Source of the DNA: Eutreptiella sp. 'Long Island Sound 2002'
Taxonomy: Eukaryota; Protista; Euglenida
Length of the DNA: 64,000 nucleotides
Direction: 5' to 3'
NCBI GenBank assembly: GCA_964036045.1
Contig: OZ038378.1
Coordinates: forward strand, 16,244,001-16,308,000
Under the pieces are notes generated by a model. That model made no database searches. It saw nothing but the letters and a program-made list of their open reading frames with translations, and was not told the DNA's origin. Shown piece after piece: positions 48,831 to 58,956 of the stretch; the first letter of the stretch is position 1; each line of letters begins with the position of its first letter. The position numbers and the translations under genes are program-made.

Positions 48831-51487
48831 ACCATATCGACTTCAAAACTATCGACCTGTCAGGGCAATCATTTTGATTCGGCGTGTAGTCAAGAAGCAG
48901 GCCCAGGAAACCCAGGGCCCAACAACCCATAACTTATGCACATATTCCTGAGAGGCTCTCTGCCGTACAACCCATAACCTATGAGGGCAGGGCAAAACTA
49001 CGCACGGGCGGGGAATGGTCAAGAAAAACTTCTTAAGGCCCTCAGGAGTATGCCTGCTGCAGTCAATTTTGGTGGGTGTTCGGACAGAACTGAACCGAAA
49101 TTACAACTACATCAAACACCAAGTGCCACAGCCAAAATTGCGCTGAGACCGCTCAGCGCCACCAAATGTGCTGCTGAGGTGCACTCAGCATGCAACGAAA
49201 TAACCTAGATCAAAAAACATGTAGTAAAACTGCGGGTGCCCATGCTGCCGCCAAAGCCAAAACGATAAAATTAAAAGAAATGTAAACACTTGTCGAAAGA
49301 CAATGGTAACTCTTGTTTCACAAAAGTCCACCGCTACCGACCCCAGTGCTGCGCTGCAAGCACCAGCTGGCGTATTAAATAAAAAGAAAACATCCAACAT
49401 GAGAGTAACCAAAAGTCCCAGTACACACAAACAGGCGACACATAGGCGAAAGACTTAGGAAGAGCAAGAGTGTAGAGTTGTGGGTTTCTTTTCACGTTGC
49501 TCAGTGCTGCAGACCCACTTCGTATCTACAAAGATATCCGAAGTATATAATCTGCACCCTTTCTTCTCCTTGCTCTTGCCTATAGACACAAGAAAACGAC
49601 AACAAAAGCCTACAAACAATTACAGAGCAACGAAGGAAAAATAAACACGCCATGCAAACTACCCACTATGTGGTCACGAAGCAACAAACATGCACCAAAG
49701 CGAAGACTAGCCGACCCAACTGTCCAAACCGCAGCATCAAAAAAACCACACAAGCAGGGAAACAGTCGGGAAAAAAAAAGCAAACCTGTCCATTAATGCA
49801 GGTAAAGAACTGCATACCCAAGTGATCTGAGAATGAAGAAAACACAGAGCGCCACTCAAATTTTCTCATTCCAATCAAGTCCACACACATGCCAGTCGCA
49901 TCAGGCAACACGCACACAACAACACATACCAGGCACTTGCTTCTGTGAACAGGCGTGGAAAAACAAAGAAAAAAGAAAATGAAAAGAACAACACCAAACA
50001 CGAAACGAGTGCACAACGCAACAACAGCAAGAGAACACACTAGAAAGCGTAGGGTGTGGTGCTGCTTTGTCTGTCAAACTCATTTTCGATCTCCTACTTC
50101 CTTCAAAAGAGGCCTAACAACAGAAATAAAGCAAACAAAGAGACACGAGAACATAAAAGCGTGTTGTTGGAAAAATTGTGGTTGCAACAACTGTTTCCTG
50201 GGAAAGGGCAGAAATGGGATTGCCTTGCAACTGGACGCCGTTGGAAAGTCCCAGAGGACGGTGACGCTACCATCAGCTGCTGTGGCTGCGGGGCCTGGTG
50301 TTCCCACCTGACAGCCAGGTATTAGGCCACAGATACCGCAGTGGCACCGCCTTTGCCCCTTGTCCAGTGGGGGGGGGGGGGGGGGCTATGTATATGCCGG
50401 CAACAATGTGCATCCATCAGCAGCACAGCGATCCTGGGTCACCACCCCTGAGGTAAATGTCAAATGCACTCGGCAATCCTGAAAATCCAATTTGACACCT
50501 CATTCCTGCACTGCCTGATGCTGCCAGGATTCATGTGTCTCCATGAGTATGGCAATGGTGTTGCACTCTGCAGCCGGAAATAGTCCCCAGAGACTGTCTC
50601 ATAGCCCCAGCATGAGCACAGAGACCTTCTCCCTGTCAGACTGGGGGCCTGGTACCAGTGCTGTTGCAGGTGCACACAGTGGCCACGCCGAGCAACAGCA
50701 TCCCCAATCACAAACATGGAATATGGGTACAACCCCCTCAAGCTCTCAGGATTAAGGAGCAGAGCTGCCCAATCCTACAATGGTCCCAAAGGGCCCTTTC
50801 TCAAAAAGTACCCAGTGGCCTGTTACAAACTGGAGTCTACAGACCACTTAATGCTTTAAGCGAAGGTCTCCAGATATCCTGAATGTCCTGAATGTGCTGA
50901 AGACATGAATATCAACCCATCACGTCATGCAGGCGGGGATCGCTGTACACTGCCTATGCAGACTCGGGATAGCTCGGAGTACAGCGCAGTCCACAGTAGT
51001 CAACTGTGGTTCAGTGTACGGTGCATTCCATGGAACTCAGTCATGGTTCACGGCATGCCGCATTAAGGTTCAGAGCTTTATGCTTCTACAAGTGTCGCGT
51101 GAAGCACGGTGCTCGCGGGCAAACAACTTCTAAATACCATTCAACGTGTCCAACTGTTGTCTCATGTACATATCCCGTTGTTACACAGGTCAACAATGCG
51201 CTATTCCTGTGCATCATGGGACAGTACTGCTTACAACATGACCACCGTGCACCACGTTTACTGCAATTCCCTGATGGTGCAAGCATCGATTGTTTATCAG
51301 TTCATCAGTGTCTCACATGTCGCGCAGACCAACCACAAGCTACTCCGTCGCTCCGGAAGAACAAGCACGATGGAAATCAGGGCATGACCAGTAATGAGGG
51401 CATGACACGAAATCAGGACACAAGGGTGCCCTTGAAAATACAGTTGAGGTGCTGATGCCACCTCACACCATGCTTTGTGGTACCATG
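48831..51487. repeat. Segmental duplication copy 1 (3' flank of the histidine kinase gene plus its last codons)
   Basis: 48831-49135 matches part of the 594-bp unit. 49821-50658 is nearly identical to 56406-58103 apart from the MITE. 51071-51487 matches 58497-58981. Confidence 0.92.
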
Positions 51488-53976
51488 ATGCGCTGAAAAT
51501 GCATGTGAGGCGATGATGCCACCTCACATGCTCTGAAAAAGCTATCACGCTCTGAAAAAACTATTGAGGTGCGGACAGAAGACATAAGGGACACACACCG
51601 CTGTCATCCATCCTTCAACGGTTGATGTTATGTTGCGGGGATGGTGTGACGCCAAGTAGCAAGACCGTATCATGAGCTCCTCCACACCTCTATCCGTATT
51701 TGTGGGTACCAGAGCTCTGATGAGCAACCCCCACAGCAGCCCCATGGGCAGCATGAGTTCTGAGCCCGATGTGTTGCACACTGCTCTGTCTCTTTGTTGC
51801 ACATTAGCAATAGGATTTTCATTTCTTTGTCTGCTTTTTTTCCGGCACTTTTTTGTTTGCACAGCGCATTTTGAGGGGTTGGTTTCGGTTGTGGCCCCCC
51901 ATGACATCCCTTAAATTGGGACATTTCCTGAAAACCTGTGGAAAAGTGAGGGCATTGGGACTCCCACTGTGCACTGCGGGGATGCACCCGTCGGAGCTGC
52001 TGGCACAACAGATGTGCCTCCATTGGGCTGTGGGGCCAGCGTCCCTTGATCACCTCCGCCGTGTCCTCTTTAGAGGCGCCAGAGGTACAAGGCAAAGGGG
52101 GGGCGGGCGCCACGAAACCCCCACACAGCGCAAAGCAACATGACGCCCTGAAGGACGGTCTATGCCACGCCACGCAGCAGTCTGGGATGCTTCGAGGGGG
52201 CTTTCTGGGCTGGGCCTCGCAATGGGCTCACACAAAACACACACACGCACACACACACGCACACGCACGCGGACATTCCCTTGCATGGCCCAACCAGCCA
52301 ACACAAAGCAATGACGGATCCAAATAATGGCGATGCTGATGCAATGCTTCGACCCAGTCCCATCACCGTCCCCGACCCTTTCCAGCTACTCGCCGCCCTG
52401 CACAATGGGCGCTGGGATGGGCCGCGGGGCATTCTTCAAGGAAGGGATTTGATTGTACTTTGTCTATGTGAGCTTTAGGAAACATGGTGCTTGGTCATGA
52501 AATTGTGCACACAATCTGTCATCCACTGCAGTCCGGTGGACCAATTTGTTGTTGTTGTTGCAAAGGAAGTGGACCTACAGGCGCCCAAGAGTAACCTTGG
52601 TGTGAATGATTTCATGCACAGCAATGATGTGTGGCGTGGCATTTGGCGGGAGAACATGAAAGAGGAGTAGGCCTAAGCGTTCTCTGATTGTGTTGCTTCT
52701 AGCTGTGCCACAACATTAGTTTTCTTTTTGTCTGACCAAGATTAGCTGGCGTAGTCTGCTCACTTTACCGTGCTCGAGATAACCTCTCGGAATCGACGTT
52801 CAGAGCTATCCAGTGCTTCAATCCCACAGTGGCTCTGGTGGCGGGTCTGATACGTAGTGAGGATTAGCTGAGTCGGAAACCGTGGATGCAGTGGGAGACT
52901 GCCACGCTCATAGGCTTCCCAGTGTGCATGAGGCACAATGAGTGTGCATGAGGCACAATGGCTGTAGGCTGAAAAAGGCAGCGGTGTGAAGATTGAAGGC
53001 CGAGATGAATCAGTGTCAGCACCAGAGAGGGAGGGGGAATTGCATTCAGGCACAGTTGGTCACTATGCGCTTAGGGGCAGAGAACACTGCTGTCCCTATT
53101 CCAGTTTAGGGGGAGTGGTCGGTGACACACAGGAGAGGACTGAGGAGGAACTAAAAACACCAGCAGGATTCGGGCGCGCTGGGGGGTGGCATTCCACACC
53201 TGTGGGGGAAAAATAGAAAAGGGAAGGGAGCCACAGGAGGGCCAACCTGCCATGGGTTGGTAGAAAAATCGTAACTGGCATGCAGCCGACACCACCGACA
53301 AGAGTAAGGATCAAGTGTCAAATGTCAAGTCTGTGGAGGGTTAGGTCATTGGTCTCCAGGGGGCCTGGCTACACTCCGACTCTGACTCTAGGGGGTTTGG
53401 GGGAGTGCGGGGCATGGGGGGAATCCTTGCACTGCGCGCGCACTGCGCGCTACTTTTAGACTATGTTCCCCCTGAAGAGCCCACAGACACGCCCCTTGGA
53501 AACACCCCTAGAATTAGGCGACCCAAACTGGACTGGAGGGGGCCTTGAGAGGGACCTTCCCAGTTCTTGTGTCTCACAAGCACAACACAAACTCAGGCAC
53601 GTGCTCCATCACTGGCCGCTGGTGGGCTGTGGGTTCAGTATTGTGTGAGTGTCCGTGAGTGTATGGAAACAACTCGTCATATAGGGCGGGCGGGCGGGCA
53701 GTGACCACCCAAATATCAAAATATTCTGAAATCAGACATGGACATGCATGGGAAATCTGGCGATTCCCTACCATGAATCCCTAATCAACCTCTCTTTTCA
53801 ACTTGTGGTACAACTACGCTTCCTCATCAGCAGGGATGCAGGGACGGGAATCAGGGGGGCGTCCAGCCAGGGGTGAGGGGGGGGGGGGTTAGGGTTAGGG
53901 TCACCGAGCTGGTGGAACCAGTCTTGGTTTTATAACCCTTTTTAGTGTCTAGGGTGGACCTACTAGGTTTAGCAGC

Positions 53977-54011
<35 letters not shown>

Positions 54012-54055
54012 AGTAGCAGCACGCGCGAAATGGGTAAAAATCAGATCTCCGTCGT

Positions 54056-56398
54056 ACCACAACATGCCCCTGGTCAAAAACAACGCCAAGCCAGAGCCTG
54101 AAATCCGAAACCCCACAGCCGGCGGTCACCATCTCCAAAAGCTGATTTCAGCAACAAGGGCAGCTGAGCCGCAGGGAAAACCTGAATTCGGACCTGAAGC
54201 ACAAAATTTGACAAAAAGGGTTGATCGGAATGTCCACCCGAGCCTACACACATGCTCACACCATATCGACTTCAAAACCATCGACGTGTCAGGGCAATCA
54301 TTTTGATTTGGCGTCAAGGTGTAGTCAAGAAGCAGGCCCAGGAAACCCAGGGCCCAACAACCCATAACTTATGCACATATTCCTGAGACGCTCTCTACCG
54401 TACAACCCATAACTTATGAGGGCGGGGCAAAAATTGTTACCGGTGGGGAATGGTCAAAAAAATTCTGAATGCCCGCAGGAGTGTGCGTGCTGCAGTCAAT
54501 TTTGGTGGGTGGTCGGACAGAACTGAACCGAAACTACGATGTTCACACACCAAGTGCGACAGCCAGAATGGAAGGTAACGGTTCCGTTGCCCCCCCGCTT
54601 ACTATGCCAGGGCAATTACTATGCAGGGGGAGGGGGTAGGGACGCAGGAACCACAACATGCCCCTGGTCAAAAACAACGCCAAGCCAGAGCCTGAAATCC
54701 GAAACCCCACAGCCGGCGGTCACCATCTCCAAAAGCTGATTTCAGCAACAAGGGCAGCTGAGCTGAGGGAAAACCTGAATTCGGACCTGAAGCACAAAAT
54801 TTGACAAAAAGGGTTGATCGGAATGTCCACCCGAGCCTACACACATGCTCACACCATATCGACTTCAAAACCATCGACGTGTCAGGGCAATCATTTTGAT
54901 TTGGCGTCAAGGTGTAGTCAAGAAGCAGGCCCAGGAAACCCAGGGCCCAACAACCCATAACTTATGCACATATTCCTGAGACGCTCTCTACCGTACAACC
55001 CATAACTTATGAGGGCGGGGCAAAAATTGTTACCGGTGGGGAATGGTCAAAAAATCTTAATGCCCGCAGGAGTGTGCTTGCTGCAGTCAATTTTGGTGGG
55101 TGGTCGGACAGAACTGAACCGAAATTACGATGTCCACACACCAAGTGCCACAGCAAGGGCAATTACTATGCAGGGGGAGGGGGTAGGGACGCAGGAACCA
55201 CAACATGCCCCTGGTCAAAAACAACGCCAAGCCAGAGCCTGAAATCCGAAACCCCACAGCCGGCGGTCACCATCTCCAAAAGCTGATTTCAGCAACAAGG
55301 GCAGCTAAGCCGCAAGGAAAACCTGAATTCGGACCTGAAGCACAAAATTTGACAAAAAGGGTTGATCGGAATGTCCACCCGAGCCTACACACATGCTCAC
55401 ACCATATCGACTTCAAAACCATCGACCTGTCAGGGCAATCATTTTGATTTGGCGTCAAGGTGTAGTCAAGAAGCAGGCCCAGGAAACCCAGGGCCCAACA
55501 ACCCATAACTTATGCACATATTCCTGAGACGCTCTCTACCGTACAACCCATAACTTATGAGGGCGGGGCAAAAATTGTTACCGGTGGGGAATGGTCAAAA
55601 AATTCTGAATGCCCGCAGGAGTGTGCTTGCTGCAGTCAATTTTGGTGGGTGGTCGGACAGAACTGAACCGAAATTACGATGTTCACACACCAAGTGCCAC
55701 AGCCAGAATGGAAGGTAACGGTTCCGTCGCCCCCCCGCTTACTATGCCAGGGCAATTACTATGCAGGGGGGGGGGGTAGGGACGCAGGAACCACAATATG
55801 CCCCTGGTCAAAAACAACGCCAAGCCAGAGCCTGAAATCCGAAACCCCACAGCCGGCGGTCACCATCTCCAAAAGCTGATTTCAGCAACAAGGGCAGCTG
55901 AGCCGCAGGGAAAACCTGAATTCGGACCTGAAGCACAAAATTTGACAAAAAGGGTTGATCGGAATGTCCACCCGAGCCTACACACATGCTCACACCATAT
56001 CGACTTCAAAACCATCGACCTGTCAGGGCAATCATTTTGATTTGGCGTCAAGGTGTAGTCAAGAAGCAGGCCCAGGAAACCCAGGGCCCAACAACCCATA
56101 ACTTATGCACATATTCCTGAGACGCTCTCTACCGTACAACCCATAACTTATGAGGGCGGGGCAAAAATTGTTACCGGTGGGGAATGGTCAAAAAAATTCT
56201 GAATGCCCGCAGGAGTGTGCGTGCTGCAGTCAATTTTGGTGGGTGGTCGGACAGAACTGAACCGCAATTACAATGTTCACACACCAAGTGCCACAGCCAG
56301 AATGGAAGGTGACGGTTCCGTCGCCCCCCCGCTTAGTATGCAAGGGCAATTACTATGCAGGGGGAGGGGGTAGGGACGCAGGAACCACAACATGCCCC
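54056..56398. repeat. Tandem array of a 594-bp unit (4 copies, one with a 47-bp deletion)
   Basis: ACCACAA(C/T)ATGCCCC starts at 54056, 54650, 55197, 55790 and 56384 (periods 594, 547, 593, 594). Copies are nearly identical. Confidence 0.95.
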
Positions 56399-56777
56399 CG
56401 GCCTGAGTGATCTGAGAATGAAGAAAACACAGAGCGCCACTCAAATTTTCTCATTCCAATCAAGTCCACACACATGCCAGTCGCATCAGGCAACACGCAC
56501 ACAACAACACATACCAGGCACTTGCTTCTGTGAACAGGCGTGGAAAAACAAAGAAAAAAGAAAATGAAAAGAACAACACCAAACACGAAACGAGTGCACA
56601 ACGCAACAACAGCAAGAGAACACACTAGAAAGCGTAGGGTGTGGTGCTGCTTTGTCTGTCAAACTCATTTTCGATCTCCTACTTCCTTCAAAAGAGGCCT
56701 AACAACAGAAATAAAGCAAACAAAGAGACACGAGAACATAAAAGCGTGTTGTTGGAAAAATTGTGGTTGCAACAACT

Positions 56778-57635
56778 CATGGGGGGGGCGACCCCTCGGT
56801 CCTGGACGCCAACTACCCCCCCAACTAACTGTTGGCCGAAGGCCCCTAGGGGGGGGGGCTTGGAGGGGGGGGTCTAGGAGGGGCGCCGGGGAGGGCGGTT
56901 CCCGGGGGGGGGGGGGGGGGTTCCCGGGGTTCCCGTGGGGGGGGGGGGTGTCGGGCACCTCCGAACAGTTGGGTATGCGGCCCAGGTGTGATCCGACAGT
57001 TCGCACCGCCCCTTCCCACAATAGAGGGTAGGGTATCATCGGCTTGGGTATTCCCAGCCACACTGGGAACCTCAGGGGGGTGGGCTCCTGAGGCGGCCAT
57101 GGGATTAGAGTTACACCATGCCACAAGACATACATACATACATACAAAGATATATATATATATATATATATTTTTATATTCATATATATAGGGGTTGGAA
57201 TGCAACTGCAAACGTGTGGTCATAGCAACTCGGGGCGGTGGCCTCAGACCACACCGCCATGATGGTACATCACCCCTCCCCGCTTACACCACACTTGCAG
57301 CAGCCTTCTCCCCAAACGTTTCGAGGAATGAAAAAGAAGGGCCTAAGACCAAGATTGACTCCTTGGAACTCCTTGGATCGACCTAAGGAAAGACCAAGAG
57401 TGGCTCCTTGGAACACTTTCTACGTATCGACCTAATAAGGGCACAGGAAAAAGCCCTTACTTAAATAACTCACCTTCACTTGATGAGCTATCAGAATCAT
57501 ATGCTGCGGCGGCCGACCTCTTCTTTGGCTCCTTGGGCTCATACCTTTGACAACTAACTGTCGGCCGGAGGCCCCTTGGGGGGGGGGGGGGGGGGTAGTT
57601 GGCGTCCTAGGACCCGCGGAGTCGCCCCCCCCGGG
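56778..57635. mobile_element. Non-autonomous hAT-type MITE (858 bp), 8-bp TSD CAACAACT, about 44-bp imperfect TIRs
   Basis: Left CAT-G8-CGACCCCTCGGTCCTGGACGCCAACTACCCC; right-end reverse complement CCC-G8-CGACTCCGCGGGTCCTAGGACGCCAACTACCCC. TSD at 56770-56777 and 57636-57643. The paralogous empty site has a single CAACAACT at 50185-50192. Confidence 0.88.
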
Positions 57636-58956
57636 CAACAACTGTTTCCTGGGAAAGGGCAGAAATGGGATTGCCTTGCAACTGGACGCCGTTGGAAAGT
57701 CCCAGAGGACGGTGACGCTACCATCAGCTGCTGTGGCTGCGGGGCCTGGTGTTCCCACCTGACAGCCAGGTATTAGGCCACAGATACCGCAGTGGCACCG
57801 CCTTTGCCCCTTGTCCAGTGGGGGGGGGGGGGGGGGCTATGTATATGCCGGCAACAATGTGCATCCATCAGCAGCACAGCGATCCTGGGTCACCACCTCT
57901 GAGGTAAATGTCAAATGCACTCGGCAATCCTGAAAATCCAATTTGACACCTCATTCCTGCACTGCCTGATGCTGCCAGGATTCATGTGTCTCCATGAGTA
58001 TGGCAATGGTGTTGCACTCTGCAGCCGGAAATAGTCCCCAGAGACTGTCTCATAGCCCCAGCATGAGCACTTTCTCCCTGTCAGACTGGGGGCCTGGTAC
58101 CAGATCCTAAATGCGGCATACCGTGAACCATGACTGAGTTCCATGGAATGCACCGTACACTGAACCACAGTTGACTACTGTGGACTGCGCTGTACTCCGA
58201 GCTATCCCGAGTCTGCATAGGCAGTGTACAGCGATCCCCGCCTGCATGACGTGATGGGTTGATATTCATGTCTTCAGCACATTCAGGACATTCAGGATAT
58301 CTGGAGACCTTCGCTTAAAGCATTAAGTGGTCTGTAGACTCCAGTTTGTAACAGGCCACTGGGTACTTTTTGAGAAAGGGCCCTTTGGGACCATTGTAGG
58401 ATTGGGCAGCTCTGCTCCTTAATCCTGAGAGCTTGAGGGGGTTGTACCCATATTCCATGTTTGTGATTGGGGCTGCTGTTGCTCGGCGTGGCCACTCAGA
58501 GCTTTATGCTTCTACAAGTGTCGCGCAGAGCACGATGCTCGCGGGCAAACGACATCGAAATAGCATTCAACATGTCCAATTGTTGTCTCATGTACATATC
58601 CTGTTGTTACACAGGTCAACAATGCGCTGTTCCAAGTACAAAAAAAAGCATCACAGGAAAAAAGAGCTGTGCAGCCAGAAGCAGTAGTGATTGTGCATCA
58701 TGGGACAGCACTGCTTACAACATGACCACCGTGCACCACGTTTACTGCAATTCCCTGATGGTGCACGCATCGATTGTTTATCAGATCATTAGTGTCTCAC
58801 ATGTCGCACAGACCAACCACAAGCCACTGCATCGCTCCGGAAAAAAAGGTGTGTCAGGGTACGATGGAAATCAGGGCATGACCAGTCATGAGGGCATGAC
58901 ACAAAATCAGGACACGAGGGTGCCCTTGAAAACGCAGTTGAGGTGCTGATGCCACC

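Noticed and set aside
51570-51640. Similarity of CAACCGTTGAAGGATGG (minus strand) to the kinase 5' end (TVEG)
   Set aside because: Only about 15-20 nt and no ATG in place; cannot be separated from chance.
52300-52672. Possible small two-exon gene ending RGIWRENMKEE*
   Set aside because: Coding-looking but with no recognisable family or consistent splice model.
53889-53900. Interstitial telomere (TTAGGG)2
   Set aside because: Only two units next to a G run; too short to call.
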